Shown: in pieces, positions 1-8,998 of the stretch
Numbering within the stretch: position 1 is the stretch's first letter
Layout of the letters: each line of letters starts with the position of its first letter
DNA from: Thermoproteota archaeon
GTDB lineage: Archaea > Thermoproteota > Thermoprotei > Gearchaeales > Gearchaeaceae
Direction: 5' to 3'
Length of the DNA stretch: 25,237 nucleotides
Assembly (NCBI GenBank): GCA_041641355.1
Contig: JBEPYP010000001.1
Location: forward strand, 1 to 25,237
Program-made: the position numbers and the translations under genes
The notes under the pieces: model-generated
Seen by the model: only the letters and a program-made list of their open reading frames with translations
Database searches by the model: none
Told to the model about the DNA's origin: nothing

Positions 1-2
1 CT

Positions 3-698
3 TCATATGAAGTTAAGGTGTATTCCAGTTTGGTTTCCTATGGGAAACTGACTGCTATGGAGTTAAGCAAAATCTCCAAAGTACCTTATAATAAGATATA
101 CGAAGTTCTATTAAGCTTAGAGAAAAAAGGTTTCATAAGAGTAGAAGAAAGAAGACCAGCTAGATATTATCCTGTAGAACCTAAGATAGCTTTAGAGAAG
201 TTGAGGAAGGATATAGAAGAAAGGGTAAAAAGCAACATCGAACTCGCTCTTTCAGATCTTTCTTCTATATTCGAAAAGAAAGGTGTTAGAGAAAAATCTG
301 ATGTTTGGCTCATAAGGGGTAAGGATGATATTATGAATAAGTTAAAGGATGTTATAGCTAGGTGCAAATTTGAACTTTTCGTTTCAGTACCTAAGATAAC
401 AGAGACTCTATTTCCTTTGAATACAATAATAGCAAGTCTTAGCGTGAAAGATGTCAAGATATTCGCCCTTGTAAGCAATGAGCTAAGTAGCGATCTCATA
501 CGCATGTTCAAGGAAGTCGCAAATGTAAGGATTGCAGGGAAGATGTTTGGAGGCGGCGTGATATCTGATTCAAAGGAGGTCCTGCTATTGCTTCCTGAAG
601 AAGGAGAAACTACTGCTATATGGTCAGATCATATAGGCCTTGCTAGTTTTGCCAAAAGCTACTTCATGTATATTTGGGAGATCTCCGCTCTTGCATGA
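3..698 (+). CDS. TrmB-family transcriptional regulator, 5'-truncated by the window edge
   Basis: The frame is open from nt 3 (SYEVKVYSSLV...), so the GTG at 18 is probably internal. SYEVKVY...LTAMELSKISKVPYNKIYEVLLSLEKKGFI is the TrmB N-terminal wHTH pattern, followed by a C-terminal effector-type domain. Confidence 0.88.
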   Translation, partial: SYEVKVYSSLVSYGKLTAMELSKISKVPYNKIYEVLLSLEKKGFIRVEERRPARYYPVEPKIALEKLRKDIEERVKSNIELALSDLSSIFEKKGVREKSDVWLIRGKDDIMNKLKDVIARCKFELFVSVPKITETLFPLNTIIASLSVKDVKIFALVSNELSSDLIRMFKEVANVRIAGKMFGGGVISDSKEVLLLLPEEGETTAIWSDHIGLASFAKSYFMYIWEISALA

Positions 699-773
699 TG
701 GGCTGGCCCGGATTCGAACCGGGGTCCTCCTGCGTGTGAGGCAGGCATCTTAACCAGGCTCGACCACCAGCCC
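699..773 (-). tRNA. tRNA-Val(CAC), intronless, CCA not encoded
   Basis: Reverse complement folds as a cloverleaf: acceptor GGGCTGG/CCAGCCC plus A73, anticodon arm CCTGC-CTCACAC-GCAGG, T-arm CCCGG-TTCGAAT-CCGGG. Confidence 0.97.
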
Positions 774-792
774 TAAGAATAAAATTACAGCA

Positions 793-957
793 CTATTTCT
801 TAACTATTTCTCTCCTTTTCAATCTGAGATTTTTTCTCCTGCATTTCCTACATTTGTCAGCCTTTATAGAATTCCTTGCCCCACATTCCCTGCATATTTT
901 ATAATAAAGCAAATATCTCTGTGCTAATTGTATCTTCTCAGGATCCGTTAAGGGCAT
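793..957 (-). CDS. rpl40e: 50S ribosomal protein L40e (absent from the ORF track)
   Basis: Hand translation gives 54 aa, MPLTDPEKIQLAQRYLLYYKICRECGARNSIKADKCRKCRRKNLRLKRREIVKK, with the L40e Zn-finger CxxC-x10-CxxC and a basic tail. Confidence 0.95.
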   Translation of the reverse strand: MPLTDPEKIQLAQRYLLYYKICRECGARNSIKADKCRKCRRKNLRLKRREIVKK

Positions 958-1050
958 ACAAAATTATCACTTTGATTCCTTATTTAAGTTTTTCTTTTAA
1001 ATTTTTCTTAAGATATATATCATGCTAGTTGCAATATATAGTTGAATCAC

Positions 1051-1557
1051 ATGAGAGCTAGAGTTTGTCGAGTTTGTGCCATTAGTGGGGTCCTCTGTAA
1101 TGTATGTGATGATAATCTAGCTAAAGGTATAATATCTGATATAGAAATTTCTGTCGCAAAAGAACTTTATGAAGCTGAGTTGAGTTTCAGAGAATTACAA
1201 GATATAAGTTTAGAATACGTGGCTGAAGCAGAGGACGGAGATGTTTTCGTTTTCGTATCTTCTCAAGGTTATCTAAATCCTTCTTTGTTACTTTCACTTT
1301 CTAATCTTTTATCTAAAAAGATGAAGAAGAATGTTAAGATTGTGGAGAAGAGTAAGGACATTAAACGCCTGATGAGTCAATTCTTTTATCCTTATAAAGT
1401 CTTGAGCGTGAATGAAGTATGGTCTCCGGATGGTTCTCATGAATATAATGTTAGACTTACTCCTGTAGATTTAAAGAGATTGATCTCTAAGCTAGCAAGT
1501 ATGGAGAAAATTCTTTCAAATTTATTATCCTCTAATGTGCGTATAATAACGGATTAG
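1051..1557 (+). CDS. Archaeal NusA-like (NusA2-type) protein with N-terminal Zn finger and KH-like domains
   Basis: N-terminal CRVCAISGVLCNVC (C-x2-C-x6-C-x2-C), then ...LSKKMKKNVKIVE... and C-terminal EKILSNLLSSNVRII, typical of the crenarchaeal NusA paralogue. ATG at 1051 is preferred over TTG at 1042. Confidence 0.75.
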   Translation: MRARVCRVCAISGVLCNVCDDNLAKGIISDIEISVAKELYEAELSFRELQDISLEYVAEAEDGDVFVFVSSQGYLNPSLLLSLSNLLSKKMKKNVKIVEKSKDIKRLMSQFFYPYKVLSVNEVWSPDGSHEYNVRLTPVDLKRLISKLASMEKILSNLLSSNVRIITD

Positions 1558-1558
1558 A

Positions 1559-2845
1559 ATGAAGAAGTATTGGATAAAGGATCTGCCCAATTTAGAAAAT
1601 CAAGAAGTTGAATTACTAGGCTGGGTTCATGAAATAAGAGAGACGAAACCGATAATTTTCATAATTCTAAGAGATTCTACTGGCAAAGCGCAGATAACTG
1701 TGAAAAAAGGCGATTTCGATGAAGAATTCATAAAAATAATCGAGAGTCTTCATCATGAAGACATAATAAAAGTTAAAGGGAAAGTCATCAAGTCTTCTAT
1801 AGCTAAGCTAGGTTATGAAGTAATACCGAAGGAAATAACCTTGATAAGTAAAGCTAAGCATCCATTACCACTAGACGTCAGCGGTAAAGTTGGTGCTGAG
1901 CTTAGTACTATACTAGATGCAAGATACCTCTCTCTAAGGAGGGATGAGTACTTTTATGTGTTCAAAATCCAAACTTTGTTGATAAAGCATATTAGAGAAT
2001 TTCTTTATAGAGAAGGTTTCACAGAAATCTTCACTCCTAAGATAATAAGGTTCGCTACAGAAGGGGGTGCTGAGTTATTCAAAGTAGATTACTTTGGTAA
2101 AGAGGCTTTCTTAGCTCAGAGTCCTCAAATATACAAGGAAATGTGTGCAGGGGTATTTGAGAAAGTATTTGAAATAGCCCAATATTATAGGGCAGAGAAG
2201 TCTAGGACTAATTTTCATCTAGCTGAGTTCATATCTTTCGATGTGGAGTGCGCTTTTTACACCTACGAGGAGATGATGGATTTATTAGAAGAGCTATTAA
2301 AATATTCGATTGGGAAGACCTATGAAGAAGGGGAAGAATATTTTGAGAAACTAGGTTGCGAAAGGCTTGAATTAGATTATAAGTTTGAGAGACTGACATA
2401 TGCCGAGGTTATAGATATGCTAAAGCCTTATGGTTTTAAGTGGAAAGATGACATCACCCAATCCGCTTTAAATATACTCCAAGAAAAAATTGGAAGGAAA
2501 TTCTATTTCATAAAAGACTGGCACACAACCTTAAAGCCTTTCTATACAAAAGAACACGAAGAAAATCCAGAAATCACGAAGTCCTTTGATTTAAATCTAG
2601 GCTTCCTCGAGATAGCTTCTGGAGGCGAGAGGATAAATACTAGCGAGGAATTGATAGGAAAGCTCAAAAAGAATAATTTAAACGTTGAGAATTTCAGCCT
2701 TTTCATAAAGGCTCTGGACATCGCTTCTCCTCCCCATGCAGGTTTTGGATTGGGCATTTCGAGGTTGCTCATGATGCTTACGGGCAAGAAGAACATAAGA
2801 GAGGCGGTACTTTTCCCAAGGGACGTAGATAGATTATTACCTTAA
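1559..2845 (+). CDS. aspS: Aspartyl-tRNA synthetase, archaeal type
   Basis: OB-fold GWVHEIR...LRD; TPKI...ATEGGAELF; LAQSPQIYKE; motif 2 YRAE...HLAEF; motif 3 PPHAGFGLG..RL...FPRD. Confidence 0.93.
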   Translation: MKKYWIKDLPNLENQEVELLGWVHEIRETKPIIFIILRDSTGKAQITVKKGDFDEEFIKIIESLHHEDIIKVKGKVIKSSIAKLGYEVIPKEITLISKAKHPLPLDVSGKVGAELSTILDARYLSLRRDEYFYVFKIQTLLIKHIREFLYREGFTEIFTPKIIRFATEGGAELFKVDYFGKEAFLAQSPQIYKEMCAGVFEKVFEIAQYYRAEKSRTNFHLAEFISFDVECAFYTYEEMMDLLEELLKYSIGKTYEEGEEYFEKLGCERLELDYKFERLTYAEVIDMLKPYGFKWKDDITQSALNILQEKIGRKFYFIKDWHTTLKPFYTKEHEENPEITKSFDLNLGFLEIASGGERINTSEELIGKLKKNNLNVENFSLFIKALDIASPPHAGFGLGISRLLMMLTGKKNIREAVLFPRDVDRLLP

Positions 2846-2873
2846 GCTTTTTGTTCAGGTTAGAGGTCATAAT

Positions 2874-3221
2874 CTAAAGGAGTTTAAGCTTCGAGGTTAC
2901 TTCATCTATTTTATGTTCTTCATCAGGACCAATACCAATGCAAGTTATAGTTCCTGGTTCTAGCTGGGTCAATCCCTTGTCCTCTATCAAGACCGCATTC
3001 AGACCTTCTTTTTTGGCTTTTTCGTATATTTTCAATAGTTCCTCTAAACTGTTTACTTTCAAAACCACTTTCTTTTGACCTTCATTAAGCCACTTTTCTG
3101 CCTTAATTCTTTCCTTACTCAGCACTTCTAAGAAAGCTGTGAGGGAAGCATGGGCTACCTGGGCTGCTAGCTTACCTTTGCCCATTTTTATGTCTGTTCT
3201 AACTACGATTACCTGTTTCAT
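2874..3221 (-). CDS. pth: Peptidyl-tRNA hydrolase, Pth2 family
   Basis: KQVIVVRTDIKMGKGKLAAQVAHA, GQKKVVLK, DKGLTQLEPGTITCIGIGP. Confidence 0.96.
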   Translation of the reverse strand: MKQVIVVRTDIKMGKGKLAAQVAHASLTAFLEVLSKERIKAEKWLNEGQKKVVLKVNSLEELLKIYEKAKKEGLNAVLIEDKGLTQLEPGTITCIGIGPDEEHKIDEVTSKLKLL

Positions 3222-3252
3222 CTAATATTTATCCAAGCCCAGTCAATATATA
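3222..3252. promoter_or_regulatory. Compact divergent promoter region between pth and GGR paralogue 1 (probable leaderless transcripts)
   Basis: Only 31 bp separate the two starts. Minus-strand TATATATT (3245-3252) lies -31..-24 from the pth ATG; plus-strand TTTAT (3228-3232) lies -28..-24 from ATG 3256. Confidence 0.55.
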
Positions 3253-3255
3253 ATG

Positions 3256-4398
3256 ATGCGTGATTTTCTAGTGATAGGAGCAGGACCTACGGGTTTATCT
3301 GCTTCAATAGAGCTTTCTAAGAAGAACATGGATGTTTTAGTCTTTGAGGAAGACAATAAAATAGGCGTTCCTAGGCATTGTACTGGCGTGATAAGCTCCG
3401 AAGCAGCTAAGCTAATAGGTAATGCTGCTTTTTCAAGTACGATAAAAAAGATAAAGACTGCCTATTTCATATACGATAATAAAAGGATAGAAATCTCTTT
3501 TCCTAAAGAAGTAACAAACGTATTGGAAAGAATAAGATTTGAGGAAATTTTATTCGATGAGGCAAACAAACTCGGTGCTGAAATCTTCCTAGGTGAAAAA
3601 GTCAAGAAAATATCTATTCTTAAAGATAGGGTATCTGTAGTTACTAAACGAGGGGAATTTGAAGCTAGAGCGTTGATATATGCTGCAGGTTCTAAGCCAA
3701 GCCTGTTAAGCTTTTTGAGGAACCCTATTTCTATACCTGCAATGCAATATGAAATGGAAGGAGATCCTATCGATGAAAGCGCGGTTGAGATAACATTTTG
3801 TGAAGAAGCAAAGGGGTTCTTTGCATGGAAAGCTCCAACTTCAAGCCACTCGTTTTTGATAGGTTTGGCCAATTCTAGCATTTCTCCTAAAAAGGCTTTG
3901 GATAAATTTATTCAAAAAAGGGGTATCAAGGGCAAGATAAGCGCTATATATAGCGGCAAAATAATAACGGGAGGAGCTGTATCTAGGAATATTTTCGATA
4001 ATGTAGCCATAATAGGTGATTCTGCAGGTCACGTTAAGCCTACAACTGGAGGGGGTTTATTTTTCGGCATCTTAGGGGCTAAGATAGTAGGTTCTCTTTT
4101 TCCTTTTTATTTGGAAACAAGAGATCTTTCTGTTTTGAAAAAAATGGAAGAATTGACAGAATATTGGATTAGAAAAAGGATCTCTAGAATGAAAAAATTC
4201 TCAGATTTCTTTTTTAAGCTAGGGGATAAACAGAGGGAATTAATTCTGGATACTATAGCTAATACGAACGCAATTGGTAGATTGAAAGAAGAAATCCAAG
4301 ATTATCACGAGAACGTGATTGCTCTTTTGATCAAGGATTTGAGCCTAAATTACAATTCTTTATTTGGCTTGATAAAGTCTTTTCTTTATCGTAAATAA
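3256..4398 (+). CDS. Geranylgeranyl reductase-family FAD-dependent oxidoreductase (paralogue 1)
   Basis: Rossmann GAGPTG, GVPRHCTG, GFFAWKAP, GDSAGHVKPTTGGG. Tandem ATGs at 3253 and 3256; the second fits TATA spacing better. Substrate is not determinable from sequence. Confidence 0.85.
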   Translation: MRDFLVIGAGPTGLSASIELSKKNMDVLVFEEDNKIGVPRHCTGVISSEAAKLIGNAAFSSTIKKIKTAYFIYDNKRIEISFPKEVTNVLERIRFEEILFDEANKLGAEIFLGEKVKKISILKDRVSVVTKRGEFEARALIYAAGSKPSLLSFLRNPISIPAMQYEMEGDPIDESAVEITFCEEAKGFFAWKAPTSSHSFLIGLANSSISPKKALDKFIQKRGIKGKISAIYSGKIITGGAVSRNIFDNVAIIGDSAGHVKPTTGGGLFFGILGAKIVGSLFPFYLETRDLSVLKKMEELTEYWIRKRISRMKKFSDFFFKLGDKQRELILDTIANTNAIGRLKEEIQDYHENVIALLIKDLSLNYNSLFGLIKSFLYRK

Positions 4399-4429
4399 GT
4401 TTATTAAGATGATATAGGATATCAAATCC

Positions 4430-4609
4430 ATGCCCTTAAGTGTTCAAGCTATAAGATGCACTTCATGCAAGAGGATAATTCCTCCTTACGAAAGAGCGGT
4501 CAGTTTTCCATGTCCAAACTGCGGATCGAGCATTATCTATAGATGCCAGAAGTGCAGGAAGCTCGTAGTTCAATATATTTGTGTTAAATGTGGCTTTAAA
4601 GGACCTTAA
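4430..4609 (+). CDS. Small Zn-ribbon protein of the conserved archaeal family found upstream of EF-1beta (absent from the ORF track)
   Basis: Hand translation gives 59 aa, MPLSVQAIRCTSCKRIIPPYERAVSFPCPNCGSSIIYRCQKCRKLVVQYICVKCGFKGP: four CxxC pairs and the family C-terminus CGFxGP. The stop abuts the EF-1beta ATG. Confidence 0.92.
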   Translation: MPLSVQAIRCTSCKRIIPPYERAVSFPCPNCGSSIIYRCQKCRKLVVQYICVKCGFKGP

Positions 4610-4879
4610 ATGGGCAAAGTAATCGTAGTAGCTAAGGTATTGCCCTCGGATATAAACGTAAATCTAGAGCAGCTGTATAGAGAGATAAAAGAGAGCTTAC
4701 CTCCCCAAATAGAACTTAAAGGGTACAAAATAGAAGCAATAGCCTTTGGTTTAAATTCTCTTAAACTTTTCTTCGCAATTCCTGATGACATGGAAGGTGG
4801 TACTTCCAAAATAGAGGAGTATCTTGCTGGCTTTAAAGACGTAGAGGAAGTCGAAATTGAGTTTATATCTTTACTCTAA
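4610..4879 (+). CDS. ef1b: Translation elongation factor 1-beta
   Basis: KVLPSDINVNLEQL, EAIAFGLNSL, EGGTSKIEE; 89 aa. Confidence 0.95.
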   Translation: MGKVIVVAKVLPSDINVNLEQLYREIKESLPPQIELKGYKIEAIAFGLNSLKLFFAIPDDMEGGTSKIEEYLAGFKDVEEVEIEFISLL

Positions 4880-4897
4880 TATTATTCTTAATACAGA

Positions 4898-7087
4898 ATG
4901 AAATCTTCTTCGAATTCAAAGGAGAAAAAGGAATTGATATTAAGGGTTGCTGAGGCTAAGCAGAGAGATGTAGGAAAAGGTAGAGTTAGAATATCTAGCT
5001 CTTTATTGGAGAAGCTTGAACTAAAGGAAATACCTGTTGTAGAGATAGAAGGTAGATCTAAAACTACAGCTATCGCCTTACCTGCTTTGAGTGAAGATGA
5101 AGGTCTTCAAATAATAAGGATGGATGGTTTGTTGAGGAAAAACGCTAATGTTTCTTTAGGAGAGAAAGTGATAGTTAGAGTTGCAGCGTATAATTACGCT
5201 GAGCTAGTTAAGCTTGCACCTCAAGATCATGCAATAAGTATAGATCAGTCTTCTTTGCTCTACATAAAGAACAAGCTTTTAAACAGACCCCTTATTGCAG
5301 GAGATTTGATACAAATTCCTGGTTTAGAGTATAATTTCGTTTTTAAGGTTGTAAGCACAAAGCCTTCAGGAATCGTAATAGTAGATACAAACACGAATTT
5401 GGTGATCTTAGAGAAGCCTTTCTCTGAACTAGCTAGATATAAAATATCTTATGAAGATATAGGAGGGTTGAAGGGAGTCATAGAGAAGGTTAGAGAATTG
5501 ATCGAGCTACCTCTCAAATATCCTGATTTGTTCAAGAGGTTGGGAATAGATCCTCCTAAGGGCATATTATTATATGGCCCTCCAGGGACTGGCAAAACAT
5601 TATTGGCTAAAGCAGTGGCGAATGAAAGTGCAGCTTATTTCATTTCAGTGAATGGTCCTGAGATAATGAACAAATACTATGGAGAATCTGAGGCCAGGTT
5701 GAGGGAGATATTCGAGGAAGCTAGGGAACATGCTCCTTCGATAATATTCATAGACGAAATAGATGCAATAGCTCCTAGAAGGGAAGAAGTGCACGGTGAG
5801 GTAGAGAAAAGAGTAGTAGCTCAATTACTAGCTTTGATGGATGGTCTTGAACCAAGAGAGAACGTGGTAATCATAGGTGCTACCAACGTACCGAACATGT
5901 TAGATCCTGCGCTTAGAAGACCGGGTAGGTTTGACAGAGAGATCGAATTTCCCGTACCAGATAAGAATGGTAGACTGGAAATTCTCCAAATTCATACCAG
6001 GAGTATGCCATTAGCGCAAGATGTTAATTTAGAATACTTAGCTGAGATAACTCATGGTTTTGTGGGTGCAGACCTAGCAGCTTTAACGAGAGAAGCAGCT
6101 ATGATAGCTATCAGAAGATACATGCCAGATTTAGACGTTGCTAAAAAACTTTCTCCAGAACTTTTAGAGAAGATTGAAGTTAAGATGGAGGACTTCTTGA
6201 AAGCTATTAAAGAAATTACCCCCAGTGCTTTGAGGGAAGTTTATTTCGAGAAGCCTAACGTAAAACTAAGTGACATAGGAGGCTTGGAGGAAGTTAAAAG
6301 AGAGCTGTATGATTCCTTGATACTTCCAGTTAAGGATAGTCGATTGTATGCGGAATTCGGAATAGAACCTGTTAGAGGCATTCTACTTGTAGGACCCCCA
6401 GGCGTAGGTAAAACAATGCTAGCAAAAGCAATAGCCAATGAAAGCGGTCTTAACTTCATATTCGTGAATAGTCCTTCAATATATAGTAAATGGGTAGGAG
6501 AATCTGAGAGGGCGATTAGGGAGATCTTCAGGAAGGCGAAGAACGCCTCTCCTTCTATAATTTTCTTTGATGAAATAGAAGCCATAGCTTCTACTAAAGG
6601 AAGCTATAGCAGTGAGGTATACAATTTGGTCTTAAGTCAACTTCTAACAGAACTAGATGGTTTCACCACTAAAGATTATGTCTTCGTATTAGCTGCTACG
6701 AATAGACCCGATCTCTTGGACCAAGCTATATTGAGGAATGGAAGGTTCGATAAAATCATACTCATTTTGCCTCCTAATGAGCATGAAAGATTGGAAATCC
6801 TCAAGATTTATACTAAGCGGATGAAGATAAGCGATGATGTTGATTTGGGTCAATTAGCTAAGCTGACCAATTGGTATACCGGGGCGGACATAAGGAGCTT
6901 GTGCAGAGAAGCGGCACTGCTTGCTATAAGAGAGAAGGAAAGCAAAGTCTTCATGAAGCACTTCCTAGAAGCGCTTAAGAAGGTTAAGCCTTCAGTCAAC
7001 GAGGTTCTTGTCAATTTCTATCTTGATTGGTATAATAAGTCTAGGCAACTCTTCCAGACAAAACCTTCCGCTTTGACTTTCCTATGA
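4898..7087 (+). CDS. cdc48: Cdc48/VCP-family AAA+ ATPase
   Basis: N-domain DVGKGRVRI; D1 [24 protein letters not shown]; D2 [21 protein letters not shown]. Confidence 0.96.
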   Translation: MKSSSNSKEKKELILRVAEAKQRDVGKGRVRISSSLLEKLELKEIPVVEIEGRSKTTAIALPALSEDEGLQIIRMDGLLRKNANVSLGEKVIVRVAAYNYAELVKLAPQDHAISIDQSSLLYIKNKLLNRPLIAGDLIQIPGLEYNFVFKVVSTKPSGIVIVDTNTNLVILEKPFSELARYKISYEDIGGLKGVIEKVRELIELPLKYPDLFKRLGIDPPKGILLYGPPGTGKTLLAKAVANESAAYFISVNGPEIMNKYYGESEARLREIFEEAREHAPSIIFIDEIDAIAPRREEVHGEVEKRVVAQLLALMDGLEPRENVVIIGATNVPNMLDPALRRPGRFDREIEFPVPDKNGRLEILQIHTRSMPLAQDVNLEYLAEITHGFVGADLAALTREAAMIAIRRYMPDLDVAKKLSPELLEKIEVKMEDFLKAIKEITPSALREVYFEKPNVKLSDIGGLEEVKRELYDSLILPVKDSRLYAEFGIEPVRGILLVGPPGVGKTMLAKAIANESGLNFIFVNSPSIYSKWVGESERAIREIFRKAKNASPSIIFFDEIEAIASTKGSYSSEVYNLVLSQLLTELDGFTTKDYVFVLAATNRPDLLDQAILRNGRFDKIILILPPNEHERLEILKIYTKRMKISDDVDLGQLAKLTNWYTGADIRSLCREAALLAIREKESKVFMKHFLEALKKVKPSVNEVLVNFYLDWYNKSRQLFQTKPSALTFL

Positions 7088-7314
7088 CTCTTCCTTTAGA
7101 TTATACGATTTACGAGATAGTTAAGAAGAAAATTAATGTAAGCGAAGATGAATTGATGGAAATGTTAAATAAAATCTATAAGAACTCTTCTCCTTCAAAG
7201 AAGGAGGTTTACAGAGCCTTGCTAAAGCTTGAAATATTCGACAAGATTTCGGTTATAACTCAAAAAGACACAAAAATTATAATGGTGAAAGAAAGTGGGA
7301 GTAGATTTAGCTGA
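7084..7314 (+). CDS. Small conserved-hypothetical protein, winged-helix-like
   Basis: 76 aa, ATGA-coupled to cdc48 and overlapping the fen start. The pattern IYEIVKKK...EDEL...EVYRALLKLEIFDKISV resembles small crenarchaeal wHTH proteins. Confidence 0.65.
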   Translation: MTLPLDYTIYEIVKKKINVSEDELMEMLNKIYKNSSPSKKEVYRALLKLEIFDKISVITQKDTKIIMVKESGSRFS

Positions 7315-8326
7315 TCTTGTACAAAGGAAAAACATACGACTTGAAGATCTTGCAGGTAAGGTCATCGCTATAGATGCTTATAATGCGTTATACCAATATC
7401 TTTCAGCGATAAGGCAAGCAGATGGTTCACCTTTGATGAATAGATTTGGTCAGATCACAAGTCATTTATCTGGTCTTTTTTATAGGACCATAAATCTCCT
7501 CGAAATAGGAATAAAACCTGTTTATGTTTTTGATGGGCGTCCTCCTAGCTTGAAATATAGGGAAATAGAGAGAAGGAAAAAAATGAAAGAAGAGGCAGAA
7601 TCAAAATATAGAGAAGCTTTGGAGAAGGGAGAACTTCAAGAAGCGAAATCTTATGCGATGAGAGCAGTTAAGCTAACTGATGAAATGGTTGAAGATAGCA
7701 AGAAGCTCCTTAACCTAATGGGGATACCGATAATTCAAAGTCCTTCTGAAGGTGAGGCTCAAGCCGCTTATCTCACTAAAGTCAATGATGCTTGGGCATG
7801 TGCAAGCCAAGATTATGATTCCCTGTTGTATGGTGCAATTAGGCTCGTGAGGAATTTGACGATCTCAGGCAAAAGGAAACTACCTAGGGTTGAGACATAT
7901 GTAGAAGTATTGCCTGAACTCATAGTTTTACAGGAAGTACTTTCAAGTCTGAAAATAACATATGAACAACTGGTAGAAATCGGCATCTTAATAGGTACAG
8001 ACTACAATCCTGAAGGTTTCGAAGGCGTAGGTCCTAAACGTGCTCTTAATTTAATATTAACTTACAAAAATCTCAAGAATGCTCTTTTGAGCCTGAAAGT
8101 TGAATTCAAGGAAGAATATGAAAGGATAAAGAGGCTCTTCACGGAGCCTGAAGTAAACAAAGATTATAAGATAGAATGGAATATGCCTGACGAAAAAGGC
8201 ATAATAGAGTTCTTAGTAAAAGACAAAGATTTCTCGGATGAAAGAGTAAAGAATGCACTCCAAAGGCTTAAGACTTCTCCTATTTACAAAAGAGATCAGA
8301 GCAGCTTAGAATCCTGGTTCCGTTGA
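7295..8326 (+). CDS. fen: Flap endonuclease 1
   Basis: GTG start, MGVDL, IDAYNALYQYL, YVFDG, SEGEAQAA, SQDYDSLL, GTDYNP, C-terminal PIP box QSSLESWF. Confidence 0.97.
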   Translation: MGVDLADLVQRKNIRLEDLAGKVIAIDAYNALYQYLSAIRQADGSPLMNRFGQITSHLSGLFYRTINLLEIGIKPVYVFDGRPPSLKYREIERRKKMKEEAESKYREALEKGELQEAKSYAMRAVKLTDEMVEDSKKLLNLMGIPIIQSPSEGEAQAAYLTKVNDAWACASQDYDSLLYGAIRLVRNLTISGKRKLPRVETYVEVLPELIVLQEVLSSLKITYEQLVEIGILIGTDYNPEGFEGVGPKRALNLILTYKNLKNALLSLKVEFKEEYERIKRLFTEPEVNKDYKIEWNMPDEKGIIEFLVKDKDFSDERVKNALQRLKTSPIYKRDQSSLESWFR

Positions 8327-8958
8327 TCTTTAAATACCACTTCCGTTCCTCTTAAAGGAACAAAGGCCACTTCAGTTATTTTTTCTTTCTTGACCTCTCC
8401 TTTATCCTTCTTAACCAATATCAAATCTTGGCTTAACTGATACTGTCCTACGGGTATTATGAGTCTACCCCTTTCTTTTAGTGCATCTATGTATTGTTGC
8501 GGTATCGTCTTGGAACAAGCTGTGACGATTATCACGTCGAATTTTTTCCTTAAAGGCAAGGGAAATGTGGCGTCTGCGTTTATCACGTCTATCATCGAAT
8601 CCAAGTTTTGTTTTCTGAGATTTTTCTTTGCAAAAATTGCCAATTCTTTTATTATTTCTAAAGTTATCACTGGAGAGTTTGTTATTCTATTATAGATTGC
8701 AGCCATGTATCCCGAACCTGTACCTATTTCTAATACTTCATCACCTTCATCTAAGTTCGTTATTTCGCAAACCATGCTTACCATATGTAAAGCTGAGGTC
8801 GTTTGACCATAGCCTATGGGTAAAGGTGTATCTAAATATGCATATTTTTTCATTTCTTCAGGTAAGAATTCTTCTCTCTTAACTTCTTTCAAAGCTTTCT
8901 CTACTTTTTCTCTCTTTATTATTCCAAGGTATTTTAATTCTTCAATAGTTCTTTCCAT
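8296..8958 (-). CDS. pcm: Protein-L-isoaspartate O-methyltransferase
   Basis: AYLDTPLPIGYGQTTSA, VLEIGTGSGY, FDVIIVTA, LKERGRLIIPVG, VAFVPL. Confidence 0.93.
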   Translation of the reverse strand: MERTIEELKYLGIIKREKVEKALKEVKREEFLPEEMKKYAYLDTPLPIGYGQTTSALHMVSMVCEITNLDEGDEVLEIGTGSGYMAAIYNRITNSPVITLEIIKELAIFAKKNLRKQNLDSMIDVINADATFPLPLRKKFDVIIVTACSKTIPQQYIDALKERGRLIIPVGQYQLSQDLILVKKDKGEVKKEKITEVAFVPLRGTEVVFKDQRNQDSKLL

Positions 8959-8998
8959 CTTCTAATTTATTTTAGTGAAGATAACTAAATTCTTAGCG

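Noticed and set aside
1012-1041. GATATATATC palindrome and TATATAG upstream of the nusA-like gene
   Set aside because: Adequately explained as TATA-region sequence in an AT-rich divergent promoter.
3943-3954. Perfect palindrome GCTATATATAGC resembling the pst-region motif
   Set aside because: It lies inside the GGR coding sequence (SAIYSG) and is low-complexity, so chance is the likely explanation.
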